Assembly: GCF_009914755.1 (NCBI RefSeq)
Contig: NC_060934.1
Direction: 5' to 3' (one strand)
From: the human T2T-CHM13v2.0 reference genome, Homo sapiens
DNA: 64,000 nt
Shown here: positions 1 through 13,825 of the stretch, in pieces
Layout: the number at the start of each line of letters is the position of its first letter
Numbering within the stretch: position 1 is the stretch's first letter
The notes under the pieces: model-generated
The model's input: only the letters and a program-made list of their open reading frames with translations
Told to the model about the DNA's origin: nothing
The model's database searches: none
Translations under genes and position numbers: made by a program

Positions 1-20
1 CTATAAGAAACAAGTGCTGA

Positions 21-955
<935 letters not shown>

Positions 956-1004
956 AGTTGGCAAAATCATGCCAAGGTCTTTTGTGAAATATTAAGAAGT
1001 TTAG

Positions 1005-1317
<313 letters not shown>

Positions 1318-1319
1318 TT

Positions 1320-2160
1320 ATCTTCTGAGTGATGAGACAATTAATTCATTGATGTTTTCTAAGATATAGGAGTAAAATAACCAGATGGTACGAAGCTGTA
1401 GTGCAAAGAATAAATGGAAAGTAGCCCAGACTTGGCATGAAGATAGCAGTTAGGAGGATGAGGAGATGGTGACCTGTGTCAGGGCAGTTACTATGTAGAT
1501 AGAGAAGTGGTCAGTCATCCCAGACACTGAGGAAGCATCTGCAGGAATCTGTGGCTGGCTGATTACAGGAGTGAGCAGTGGAGAAGTTGAGGATCCTGCC
1601 CAGGGTTCTGCCTGAGTCACATCATTCACTGCAGCCAAGAACAGAGTGTCAGTGGTTTTGTGGGTGCAGTAACAGGGAGAGTGGGAAGGGCAAGGAGGTG
1701 TGAAGTTGAGTTTGTGTGGTGTTGAATGCTTTGTGAAATATCCACTTGGAGATGTCTGAATGGCTACGTGGGTCTGCAGGTCAGACAAGGGCTCTAACTT
1801 GGAGACAGGATCCGATCCCATCAATAAACACAGCGATTGAAGTCATTTGAAGACAGAAACAGAAAATTAAGAGGAAAAGAGAACAGGGACAAAAAAACTA
1901 ATTAGTACTAATATTTAACAATGGTTAGAGGAAGAAGCTTGAGAAGTAGAAAAATTAGGTGAGTGTGGACTCATAAAAGGCAAAGGAAGAGGGTGTTTGA
2001 AGAAGGAAAAAGAGATCAATGGTGCCAAGTCCTACTAAACCATCTTTTTTATCAATTCCTTCTTCTGACACACTGTGCCACATCTGAATTCTATCTCAGC
2101 ATTGAAATAGAATTGGAGATGAAGACACAGCCATTGGAGTTAGGGACAAATTAGTTGTTG
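1320..2160 (-). mobile_element. L2 LINE relic
   Basis: degenerate match to the L2 antisense motif (atccacttggagatgtc...gggtctgcaggtcagacaagggctctaacttggaga); boundaries approximate. Confidence 0.65.
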
Positions 2161-2164
2161 GTGG

Positions 2165-3077
2165 TATAAGCCAAAAATAAAATTCTAAGCCCTCCACCTG
2201 GCCGAATGGACCCCTCTTCTTGGCCAAGTGCGTTCCAAAGCAAACCCAAAAAACTAGTTCAGGCCATTATGGGAAGTGGGGGTTGGACAGACCTCATTAC
2301 ACCCTCCTTCCTTTGAAGTTCGGGCCCAATTGACCAACATGAACATTAAAACAGATATCTGGAGACTGACAAAACAGACGCTTTGTAGCAATAAGATACC
2401 AAATTCCAATCCGACTCTAGTATAGCATCACATGGCAGATAGCAGGCCCTGAAAAAAATCAAAAGTATTTTACCCTGAAATATATTTCTTTGACATATTT
2501 TTAAATGGCCTTGCAAAGCTGTCTCTTGTGGGGAAAAGATACCTTCTGTAGAGAATCCTCTTGCTTTTCCAGGTATTTTCCTGATCCCAGAGAGATTAAC
2601 TAAGAGTCTGGCACTTTTAGGGTCTGACAAGAGACATTTACCATCTACTCTCTCCTACCTGGAGACTTCATCTACATAATAAGAAACGTGGCTTCCGTAA
2701 CCTCCCTTATCTTAACTACAAACATTTATTTCTGCTGACTTCAACTCTTCAGGTATAGCTTAACTCTTATCAACCAACCGCAATCAGGAAATCTTTGAAT
2801 CCACCTATGAACCCACAGGTTCATAACCTGGAAGCTCCCACTTTGAGATGGCCCACCATTCTGGACAGAACCCATGTACATCTTACATGTATTGATTTAT
2901 GCCTCTGCCTATAAAATAAAATGCCCCCATAAAATATATAAAATCAAGCTGTAACCCAGCCACCTTGGGCATATGTTCTCAGTGCCTCCTGAGGCTGTAT
3001 CATGGGTCATGGTCCTAATATTTGGCTCAGAATAAGCCTGTTCAAATATTTTACAGTTTGACTCTTTTTCGTTGACA
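2165..3077 (+). mobile_element. MER4-family (MER4D-like) ERV1 solo LTR
   Basis: starts tataagccaaaaataaaattctaagccc, ends ttttacagtttgactctttttcgttgaca; 4-bp flanks gtgg/atgg. Confidence 0.88.
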
Positions 3078-3115
3078 ATGGCCTGGTTGAGAACAATTTA
3101 GTAAAGTGATTATTA

Positions 3116-3446
<331 letters not shown>

Positions 3447-3459
3447 CCACATTGTAGAA

Positions 3460-4730
3460 CTCACCTTGCAGACCTCTCAGCAGTACTAGACACAGCTGCC
3501 CACTGTCCCTTCCCTTCGACTCCGCTGACCTCTGGGTTCCTGCACTCTAGGTTCTCTCTTGTCTATCCTGGACTTGTTTCTTCCTGTTGGTATCCACTGA
3601 GCATGTGTGCACTTTAAGGCTTACCCCAGACTCCCTGCTCCTCTCCCCATGCTCCCCTCACCTCCTGACCCTGAGAACCATCATCAGGCCTGCATCACTT
3701 CCCTGGCCAGACCCCTGCTCCTGCAGCTGCCTCCCAAGAGTGCATCCGCCTCTGCCTCCCTCTTTCTATGTCTCTCTCCCTCTGCCTCCCTCTGTTTCTC
3801 TCCCTCTCTCTGTCTTTTTGTCTCTCTGTCTCTGTCTCTCTGTCTTTATCTCCCTCTGTCTCTCTGTCTCTGTGTCTCTCTGGATCTATGCCTCTGTCTT
3901 CTCTCTATTCCTTTGTCGTCTCTCTCTTTTTCTCTTCTTCCCTCTCCTTCTGTCTTCCTCTCTCTTTCTTTGCCTCTCTCCCTCCTTTCCTCCTTTTCTC
4001 TCTCCCTGTCTCTGTCTGTTTCTTTCTGTCTCTCTCTGTCTCTGCTTCTCTGTTTCTCTGCCTTTGTTTCTCTTTTCCTCTTCCTCTGTCTTTCTCTCTC
4101 TCTCTCCTTCTCTGTCTCTCTCTCTGCCTCTCTCTCCCTCCCTTCCTTCCTCTCCCTCTTTCTCTTCCTCTGAAAGGTGCCAGTTCTGTGCCTTGCACTG
4201 AACTATTCTGTTACCTGTGCACTTTGCTTCTGTAATCCCTTCAACTAAAAGCATCTTAAACTCAGGATAATCCAACTGAACACTTCACCACCTCTCCCTC
4301 TCCACCTCCCAGTCCCATTTCCCCATTCTAAAACAGGGGGAGAATTTTTCTCTTCTCTTTTGGTCCCTGCATCCAATCTGTTGAGAAGTCACATTCACCC
4401 TATCTCCCCAATATTACTCACATCTTCCCTGCCTTCTGTTATGCATTTGCCATTCTAGTCCAGGCCAGTCTTACTCTTTCTCTGCATGAAAACAAGTTCC
4501 TCATCAGTCTTTTTACATCCAGCCCTTGCGTTGGCCTGAGACCCAGCTCCAATCACCTTTCTCCTGCTTAGAAGTTTCAAGCCTTCTGTTGCCGATTGAA
4601 TTAAGTGCAAACCTCTCCAATGTGCCTTCAGAGCCCTCCATAACTTGACGTGCTATATCCTACCTTCTTGGGGCACTGTTCCTCTACTTGCATGCCAACC
4701 AGACCACTCACCCTTCAACAAATTCAGCTG
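3460..4730 (+). mobile_element. L2 LINE relic interrupted by a CT-rich tract
   Basis: L2-like gacctctcagcagtactagacacagctgcccact and ttaagtgcaaacctctccaatgtgccttcagagccctccataac; boundaries approximate. Confidence 0.55.
3745..4172 (+). repeat. CT-rich polypyrimidine tract, (CT)n/(CTGT)n
   Basis: about 430 bp of degenerate tctctctgtc repeats; source of the ORFs at 3587-4275. Confidence 0.96.
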
Positions 4731-5021
4731 CTTTTCTTTTAAGAGATGAGGACTTGCTTGATTGCTTAGGCTGGAGTACAGTGGCACAGTCATAACTCAC
4801 CATAGCCTCGACCTTCTGGGCTCAATGGATCCTCCCATCTCAGCCTCCCAAGTAGCTAGGACTACAGGTGTGATCCACTCTGCCTGACTAATTTTTTTAT
4901 TTTGTGAGACAGGGTCTCACTTTGTTGCCCAGGTTGGTCTCAAACTTCTGGCCTCAAGTGATCCTCCTGCCTCAGCCTCCCAAAATGCTAGGATTACAGG
5001 TGTGAGCCACTGTGCCTGGCC
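4731..5021 (-). mobile_element. Alu (AluJ-type)
   Basis: antisense Alu with J-type features (ctcgaccttctgggctcaa, ggcctcaagtgatcctcctgcc). Confidence 0.93.
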
Positions 5022-5414
5022 TCAACCCCCATTTGCATCTGGCTTCTGCCTATTGTGTTTGATCTCTAGAAATCTTTCCATCCCATAATGCTCATCTCCA
5101 ATGCAATTCTTACCAACTACCAACCCCTCCCCACCAACAACTGTCTCCCTGCCCCACCCCTCAAAAACTCCTCAAGCATTTTTATGATACTTCTCTTGTG
5201 GCACTTAATGTTTCTACTTAATTACAATCATTTGTGTCCTGGAATTGTCACCCCGTGCTACAACCCAAGATCCTGTAGACCATATGCGTGTCTGCTCACC
5301 TGGGGCTTTTGGTGGGCAGTAGTTGTCTGTTGGACTGAAGTCATGTGATTCCACTGCACCAATGTGAGCATTTGTTCATAAGAGTTAATTTTCCCTTTTC
5401 TAATGGCATCTACA

Positions 5415-5761
5415 ACAGAGGTCCCAAATTAGCAGCTGGAGGCTGAATCTGGCCCACAGATGTGTTTTGTCGAATCCACAGTTATTTTTTTAATTGAGTC
5501 AACATTTTTAAATGGAATATTTTACACTATATGCCAGATTTTCAGCTTCTCTATAAAAGTAGACTTCTCTGGCAACACTCAAGCCCATACTCACTTCTGG
5601 CAGAAAATGCTTGAAGCTGGGGCCTGCGCAGCCCCTGTGGATGAGACGTGTGTGCCTCAGTTCCCCTCTCTGCAGCCCCGGGGTACCTTTGCATTCCTGG
5701 TCCCCTTCCTCACTGATGTTATAGATGGGTCTCCCGTAGGTGTTAGAGTTTGCAACCCCTG
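5415..5761 (+). mobile_element. MER102 (hAT-Charlie) DNA transposon
   Basis: cagaggtcccaaattagcagctggaggctgaatctggcccacagatgtgttttgt ... tagagtttgcaacccctg terminal sequences. Confidence 0.8.
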
Positions 5762-5855
5762 GTCTAAGGTCCTCATAAGGGTGGTCTGTAGATCCTATGT
5801 CAACCCCTGTTTCTAGCCTGGGACTGCTCCTAGAATCAAGTTTGAGGGGTACGTT

Positions 5856-6125
5856 GGACATGGTGGCTCATGTCTGTAATCCCAGCACTCTGGGAGGCCA
5901 AGGTGGGAGAACTGCTTGAGTTCAAGAGTTTGAGACCAGCCTGGGCAACACAGAGAGACCATATCTCTACAAAAAAAAAAAAAAAAAAAACACAAGAAAT
6001 TAGCCAGGCATGGTGGTACATATCTGTGGTCCCAGCTACTTGGGAGGCAGAGGTTGCAGTGAGCCAAGATCACACCACTATACTCCAGTCTGGGCAACAG
6101 AGAAGAACCTATCTCAAAAAAAAAA
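5856..6125 (+). mobile_element. Alu (AluJ-type) with a ~30-bp right-arm deletion
   Basis: gggaggcagaggttgcagt joins two ggagg motifs; flanks tgaggggt on both sides. Confidence 0.92.
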
Positions 6126-6789
6126 TGTGAGGGGTGAATTAATTGGATCATGGCCTTCCTTGTCTTCCTTTCATAACAGCCCTCATCTTCACATTTACCC
6201 CACAATGCCCTCAGGGCTCTGCTGAAAAATCCTTCCATGTGATGTGCCCTGCTCCTGTCTCACCAAAATGTACCTGCCTTCTAATGCAAGCTGGGTGATT
6301 AATACGTATTCAAATGTTAATGAATTAATAATGATAATATTTCCTGCATGGGTATAGTATGACAAATCTGTGTCAAGAATGATGCTGTGTGCACACACAT
6401 ACACTCACACATCACAGCAGACATCACAAATTAGTCACCATTCTCTTTCCAGCTAGGTCTAAATAGATGTCAATACAGCACTTCAGGAAGCCACAGCCAG
6501 TGGCTTGGAGCTCCATTGCAGCAGGTCCCCACACCCTCCACAGTGCACTGGTGGCACCCACATCTCACCGCTGGAGACTTGCTGCTGAAAAGCATAGTGG
6601 ACAGAAGAGGGATGACCATTACCATTTTGAAGATGAGAAAACAGATTCTGAAATATTTGTCCCTAGCAAACATCAAGGAAGATAAAGGTATTTGAGGTAC
6701 ATTTAAAATCCTGCCCCGGGTAGTGGGGGCAGGGTGTCAAAACCTGCTCCTCTACGAGAAGGGAGAGGGGTGACTTAAATAACAGCTCA

Positions 6790-7190
6790 CCAGGAAAAGA
6801 TTTATGGCTTTAGTTGATCTTAACTAAAAAGGAATGAAAATATGACATGCCTCTTGTGTCTATCTGGAGGTGTGAGGCTGCCGCTCAGGGCATCTATGGT
6901 GGGAACTGGGAAACTTCTGGTTGCTTCCATTTAAAAGAAACAAACATGTGGGGGAACCAGCAGCAAAGGATGAGAAGGAAAGTTGAAGGGATCAAGGGGG
7001 CCTCCGTTAGAAAAGAGAAGAGGTGGGAATCTCATGGGAGACACCAGAAAGCTGACTTGGACTCAATAAAGCAAGGATGTTTAAATGAATAAGGTTGCTC
7101 ACTTTGCAAGCCCTGTTATTGCAAACATTCCTCTGGGTAAGGAGAATCACAATGTGGGTCTAAGATTCTTTTCATCTCTAATATTCTAGG
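6790..7190 (+). mobile_element. L3/CR1-like relic
   Basis: CR1-like 3' end (ggtctaagattcttttcatctctaatattctagg) with weak upstream similarity. Confidence 0.4.
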
Positions 7191-7488
7191 CTTTCATAGA
7201 AAAGTCGCTTAGCTGGGAAGGCCTGAAGCCAAATTTGCTGACACCTGCTCTGACACATGGCCCCGTTCTCTAAGTCCTCTCAGATGATGTATTTGCATTT
7301 TAACACAGAACATCAATGCCTTAGAGCAAAGGAATGCATAATGTGGTGAATTTCAGCAACCTGACTGCTGGAGCCATTCCATTTCTATTTTTATTGTATA
7401 GGGTGAGTTATCCCCAACACTCATATTATTCCACAGAGCATTGCCTTCTTAACCTATATATAAGCTCAATCCTGCTGACAAAACTCTA

Positions 7489-7849
<361 letters not shown>

Positions 7850-8199
7850 CTACATAATCATCTGCATGAACTGTACCTTTTTGGATCTTTAGTTATTTGT
7901 TGAGTTTTGTGTCAACAAATAACCCACCTGCATGAGCCCTGCTCTTCCTCTGGGGCACCTGAGGCTTGGAGGAGTGGAATCCAGGAACTAGGGGGCGCTG
8001 TGTATGGGGAGGAGAGAATCAGAAAACAGACTGTTACAGAGAAGGGGTCCTCTAGACTGTGAAGCCAGCCAAGGCCTCTCACCAGACAGACAGCAAGACC
8101 TGGGTCTAAGAAGAGTTGACCCAGAAGGCACACAAGAAGCAGGTGACCAGAGGTACCAACAACAGCACACAAGGGCTTTAGGGGTTAAGATACAGCGGC

Positions 8200-8725
8200 C
8201 AGGGATGGTTAATGGGAACAAAAAAAAAGGAGTTAGAAAGAATGAATAAGATCCACGCTTTGAGAGGACAGCAGGATGACTATTGTCAATAATAGCTTAA
8301 TTGTACATTTTAAAATAACTTGGTAGGGGTGTTCAATCTTTTGGCTTCCCTGGGCCACATTGGAAGAAGAATTGTTTTGGGCCACACATAAAATCCATGA
8401 ACACTAATGATCGCTGATGAGCTAAAAAAAAAAAAAAATCCTAAAACAATCTCGTACTGTTTTAAGAAACTTTATGAATTTGTGTTGGGCAGCATTCAAA
8501 GCCATTCTGGGCCGCATGTGACCCTGGGTTGGACAAGCTTGACTTAAGAGTGTGATTGGATTGTTTGTAACTCAAAGGATAAATGCTTGAGAGGATGGAT
8601 ACCCCATTTTCCATGACATGCTTATTTCACACTGCATGCTTGTGTCAAAACATCTCATGTACCTCAGAAATCTATACATCTACTATGTACCTATAAAAAT
8701 TAAAAATAATAAAATAAATAAATTT
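8200..8725 (+). mobile_element. L1MA-type 3' end, split by MER30
   Basis: gggatggttaatggg...agttagaaagaatgaataag...ctcaaaggataaatgcttgagaggatggatacccc...A-rich tail; TSD ttaagatacagc (8185) / ttaagatatagc (8730). Confidence 0.88.
8324..8541 (+). mobile_element. MER30 (hAT-Charlie) nested in the L1MA
   Basis: aggggtgttcaatcttttggcttccctgggccacattggaagaagaattg...gggttggacaagcttg. Confidence 0.93.
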
Positions 8726-9172
8726 TTTTTTAAGATATAGCAGTGAGTCCGGACAGCAGGCAGACCTGACCGCCACCCTGAGGCCCCAACACCCAGAGGA
8801 CCCAGAGATGATCTGCATGTGGAGGAAAGTTCTGAGTCATCCAGGAACTTCAGCTGTGCTTCCTGCTAGGTCAGAGGCCCAACCCACAGCAGTGGTAGCC
8901 CAAAGTTTAAAACTGGGAACAGTTAGAGAAGAGAATATACCTACAGAGAAAGGAGAGGACGTGGATGTTCAAGAACAAGTGTGATTCGTCGTAATGGAAA
9001 CCATCCCCCAGATTCAGGGACCTGCTTTGCAGATTCATGGCCGCTCCTCGTGTTGTCTAAGATCTGCAGAGCTTAATGAAGAGTATGGCAGACAAGCACT
9101 TTGTAAATTTCCAGAGCTGAGAATAATAAGTACGTCATGGCTGGTGTACACACACAGACTCAGGTAAGTTGC

Positions 9173-9176
<4 letters not shown>

Positions 9177-9210
<34 letters not shown>
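9177..9210 (+). repeat. (CA)n microsatellite
   Basis: about 17 uninterrupted CA units. Confidence 0.97.
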
Positions 9211-9213
<3 letters not shown>

Positions 9214-9907
9214 CCATATCCACACATTTTTACTTATTGGTATCCTAAGCCAAAATATGACTCAGTTATATAGCTTGACAAGAACACAAATGGGGAACAT
9301 GGAAACAGAATATTCCTGCATGTCACTATCTGGCAATGCTAATCTTACTCCAGTCTACCTCCCCAGTGGAGTATAAGCTTCACCTTCTGCTAGATTTTCA
9401 AAAGTGGTAAAACAAAACATACATTCCCAGAGAGCAAATACTTCTCTGCCTCCTAAGTGGCCATGTTGTACAAAGCACTGTACACAGGTGGCTGCCTATT
9501 AAATGCCTTTTAATGATTCTGGTGCAATACCAGGACTCACCCAACCAGTGCAGAGAGAGCAGGTTTCCTAGCCTGTGTTGTAAGATGTGCTGAATTCCCT
9601 TAGCACCCTCGGCTACATCTGTGGGAGAGAGAGGGCTAATAGCATCTCCTTTCACTCAAATAGTTTTTCATACCAAATAGCTTTGCTCCAAGGCAAACTA
9701 TTAAAAAAAAATGTTTCTTGTTGAAAAAGATTCTAAAAATAATGATTAATGGGTATACTTAACAGGGTACTGCTGGCATTCATCTCTGTCGTGAAGTTGC
9801 CTTGATAGCTTTTGGAGACCTTTATCAGTGTTAATTTCAAAAGAGATGATCATGAGAAGTGGGTGTCCGGACGTCACCTTTTATTTCTTAGGACTTGGTG
9901 GTAGACT

Positions 9908-9938
9908 CTCCAGCCTGGGCAACATAGCGAGACCTCAT
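9908..9938 (+). mobile_element. isolated 31-bp Alu fragment
   Basis: ctccagcctgggcaacatagcgagacctcat with no poly-A and no other Alu sequence adjacent. Confidence 0.75.
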
Positions 9939-10513
9939 GCTTAATGAGGGTTCTGTGCCATTGAGATACAAGGGACTGGAAAACATTGCCTGCCTTTCTC
10001 TAAACAGAAAGTGCCACTATTTTTCCAAGTGCCACATTCAAGGGCAGGATCAATGTCTAGTTCTAAGAGTCAGGCTTGGCTAATAATTCAATATTAAATG
10101 CTTGACTAAACAGGGTTCTTTCTAATCAGCTGTAGTATGCAATCTAAATCCCATTTCTAGGAGTCCAGAGGTAGGAAAAAAAAGAACAAGGTCTCAAATA
10201 ATCATACTCTGTTTAAGGAAGGAATATGAGGTCTGCTGTCAATAAATAGGATTGGATAGCTCAGCATGACCCCACAACCCTGTAACTCTAAGGAAGCTCT
10301 GTCAGAACTTGGAGGAACTGCTACTAGGTAACAGAGAGTCTTACTTACAGAAGCTGGAAATCTTGATTTTTCTTTCCAAATGCCTTCTAAAGTAATGGAG
10401 AGTTTTGTAGACCACAATTCAATTTCTCATATATAAGTGATTTTATTGAATAAAATGTTCAATTAATTAGCCCGCTTGCAATCTATAAGAAAGTTACACC
10501 AAATAAGTTGCAA

Positions 10514-10980
10514 TTTATTTATTTATTTATTTATTTTAGTGATGGGGTTTCATTATATTGCCCAGGCTGGAGTGCAGTGGCACAAGCATAGCTCCCTGCA
10601 GCTTTGAAATTCTGGGCTCAAATGGTCCTCCCACCTCAGCCTCCCAAGTAGCTGGGACTACAGGCAGGTGCAACCACATCCAGCTAATTTTATCTATTTA
10701 TTTATTTGTTTGTTTTTGGAGATAGAGTCTTGCTATATTGCCCAGGCTGGTCTCCATCTCCTGGCCTCAGCAATCCTCCTGTCTCAGCCTCCCAAGTAGC
10801 TGGGACTACACGCAAGTGCAACCACACCCAGCTAATTTTATCTATTTATTTATTTGTTTGTTTTTGGCAACAGGGTCTCCCTATGTTGCCCAGGCTGGTC
10901 TCCAACTCTTGGCCTCAGCAATCCTCCTGCCTCAGCCTCCCAAGTAGATGGGATTACTGGTGCAAGCCACCATGCCCAAG
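10514..10980 (-). mobile_element. AluJ with an internal 148-bp tandem duplication (three arms)
   Basis: ctcagcctcccaagtag recurs at 10635, 10783 and 10931; the linker taattttatctatttatttatttgtttgtttttgg occurs twice. Confidence 0.92.
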
Positions 10981-11279
10981 ATACGGTTGTAAAAAAGAAA
11001 CTAAAAAGAAAAGAAACAGCTAAGCATGCCTGATACCTTCCTAATACTTGGCTTTAGCATCTGCTTCCATTGCACTCTGTGGCTCACTGATGGGTTTCTC
11101 TAAGGTTTTAGAGAAACAGAAACAGAAACAGATCCTCTCCATAAATGGGACATTCAGACAATGGTGGCACTTTCCATCTGAACAGCAATAGCCATTATAC
11201 AAATCTTGATTTTACTTGGATAACATCAAAGTTATCTTGTTACTGCTGATTTGCAGATTTAGGTCTCTTAGGACATTTT

Positions 11280-11503
11280 CTCAAAGAGTGATCTAATCCC
11301 CTTTTAGTGGTTCATTTTAGATGTCAGCTTGACTGGACTATGGGGGTCCTCAGATATTTGGGTGGACATTATTCTGGGTGTGTCTGGGTGTGAGGACACT
11401 CTCAAAGAGTGATCTAATCCCCTTTTAGTGGTTCATTTTAGATGTCAGCTTGACTGGACTATGGGGGTCCTCAGATATTTGGGTGGACATTATTCTGGGT
11501 GTG
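11280..11503 (+). repeat. perfect tandem duplication, period 121 bp
   Basis: 11280-11382 is identical to 11401-11503 (103 bp), with an 18-bp junction. Confidence 0.97.
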
Positions 11504-11969
11504 AGGGCGTTTCTGGATGAGACTGACATTTGAATCAATAGACTAAGTAAAGCATCTAATATGGGTGAGCCTCATCCAGTCAGTTGAAGGCCTGAATAGA
11601 ACAAAATGCTGAACAAGAGAGAATTCACTGTTTCTGCCTGAAGGTCTTAAGCTGAGTCATTGGTCTTCTCCTGCCCTCAGGCTTGGACTAGAACCTACAT
11701 CATTGACTCTCCTGATTCTCAAGCCTTCATACTTGGACTAGAATTTACACTGCCAGCTCTCCTCTTGCAAGCTTTTGGACTCACACTGAAATTCCCACCC
11801 TGGTTCTCAGGCCTTCAGACTGCTGATCCTGGGACTTCTCAGCCTTCAAAATTGCATAAGGCAACTCCTTATAATAAATCTGTCTGTCTAAATCTACCTA
11901 TCTACCTGTCCATCCATCCGTCCATCTATCCTATTGGTTCTGTTTCTCTGGGGAACCCTGACTTATACA
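11425..11969 (+). mobile_element. MLT2 (ERVL) solo LTR; its 5' end is also present in the upstream duplicate
   Basis: tagtggttcattttagatgtcagcttgactgg...gactgacatttgaatcaatagactaagtaaag...ctattggttctgtttctctggggaaccctgacttataca. Confidence 0.88.
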
Positions 11970-12036
11970 CATCTGATGCTCAGGTATGGCTGTATGTTGT
12001 TCCACTCATCACAAGCAAGTAACACCTATGAAAGGA

Positions 12037-12486
12037 TTTCTTTCTTTAAATATTAAGTTGAGGGGTACATGTGCAGGCTGTGCAGGTTTGTTATGTAGAT
12101 TAAAAAAAAAAGTGTGCCATGGTGCTTTGCTGCATAGATCAACCCATCACCTAGGTATTAAGCCCAGCATCCACTAGCTATTCTTCCTGATGTTCTCCCT
12201 CCCCACAATACCCCTCTGACAGGCCCCAGTGTGTGATGTTCCCCACTATATGTCCATATGTTCTCATCACTCAGCTCCCACTTACAAGTGAGAACATGTG
12301 GTATTTGGTTTTCTGTTCCCATGTTAGTTTGCTGAAGGTAATGGCTTCCAGCTCCACCCATGTCCCGGCAAAGGACATGATCTTGTTCCTTTTTATGGCT
12401 GCATAGTATTCCATGGTGTATGTGTACCACATTTTCTCTATCTAGTCCATCATTGATGGGCATTTGGGTTGATTCCATGTCTTTGC
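12037..12486 (-). mobile_element. L1PA (older primate) 3' fragment
   Basis: antisense L1 3'UTR and ORF2 end (gggtacatgtgcagg...cacttacaagtgagaacatg...gattccatgtctttgc). Confidence 0.93.
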
Positions 12487-12490
12487 ATAG

Positions 12491-12620
12491 CTTTACCTAT
12501 GAAAAAGCTAGGCTCAGAAGTATTAAAGTAATGTATCTAATGCCCTGGGGCAAGTAAGTGGCTGCACTAGAATTCAAACTCAGGTCTACAGAACTGCAAA
12601 GCTCAGGGTCTTTCCATATG
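12491..12620 (-). mobile_element. MIR fragment
   Basis: gaaaaagctaggctcagaag...aagtaagtggc...agaattcaaactcaggtct core. Confidence 0.65.
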
Positions 12621-13399
12621 ATACTCATGATGTTTCAGCTGGTTCACCCCAGCTTGCTCTCTCTGAATGGAGAAAGGGCTGAAAAAAAAAGAACCAGGCA
12701 GCAATAGGTTCCGAGACTAAACAAGCCAATAACATTCAAGACGGAAGTAACAAAATTCAGGTCAAGGCAAGAAACTCAGAGTCCAAGTGAAGGCTGTTGG
12801 GGATTGCAGCAGCAGAGCAAAGAAGGCCAGAAAGAAGCTGACAGTGTCAGCAGCCCGCCGCCCTAGAAGGGAGGGCAAGGATGAGGCTGGCTATAAACAG
12901 GGCTGGCAGCACAGGGAGTGACATCACCCTGATGTCGAGACAAGGGACTTTCTCAACACCAGATGCTTTTATTCTCTTCTCACCTTGGTTGCACCAGTCC
13001 TTGGTGAGCCTGGCCTAAAGCCCTGCAGGTGAGGAAAATGAGAAACAGCTGATGGGCCAGTGTGTGTGGGAGCAGGGAGCAGACCCTCTTCTCTGGCAAA
13101 GGCATTCCCCTGACAGGTGGCACGAGGAGAGCCTGTTCCCGATCAAACAGAGTTGGATGGGAATAGCTAAGATGAAACACAAACTCTATGCCATCTCTTC
13201 ACAATCCCCACATGCGGTGGGAAGCGGTTGCAGATCTGGACCTCGGTAGGGGACAGAGAGGTCTTCCTGGCTGAGAATTGACACAGAAAGGTCTGTGGCC
13301 AGCTCCCTGAAGGCAGCAGAGTCCTGAATCCAGATGCAATTCTAACTCACAGGAGTCATGGTAACAAGAACAAGAACTCTTATGAAAACTCTTCATGGC

Positions 13400-13570
13400 C
13401 AAAGACTTGTCACGCGTTTCCTCATCTTATCATCCCAAGAAGCCTGGAATTCTCCCATTTTACAGGTGAGGAGAGGGTATTCAGAATGGCTAAGGGACTC
13501 ACCCCCCTTAAGGAGGAGCATGCACTCTCATCAAAGAATGTCCCAAAGTTGAACAGAAGGTCAGAGTCAA
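13400..13570 (-). mobile_element. MIR fragment
   Basis: cccattttacaggtgaggagagggtattcagaatggctaagggactcaccc. Confidence 0.6.
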
Positions 13571-13825
13571 AAGCTTGTGCTCCTCCTACTGCAGCCTGTG
13601 GAGGTCTTTTTCCCTAGTCAAGACATCGGAATGTGGGGTACAAGGGAGAGGAAATGGACTTGGCATGCTCTCTGTCTATTCCTTGAGAAAGGTTATACAC
13701 ACATATGCACGTGCACACACATGCACACACACACATTCACATGCTCGCTCGCTCTCTTTTCTTATATCAAACTTTGCAGGCTTCAAAATCATTCCCAAAT
13801 CTTTCTGATTTTTTTTAAATTTTTA

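Noticed and set aside
12024-12504. acctatgaaa on both sides of the L1PA fragment as a TSD
   Set aside because: Both copies can be explained by native, similar segments of the host MIR.
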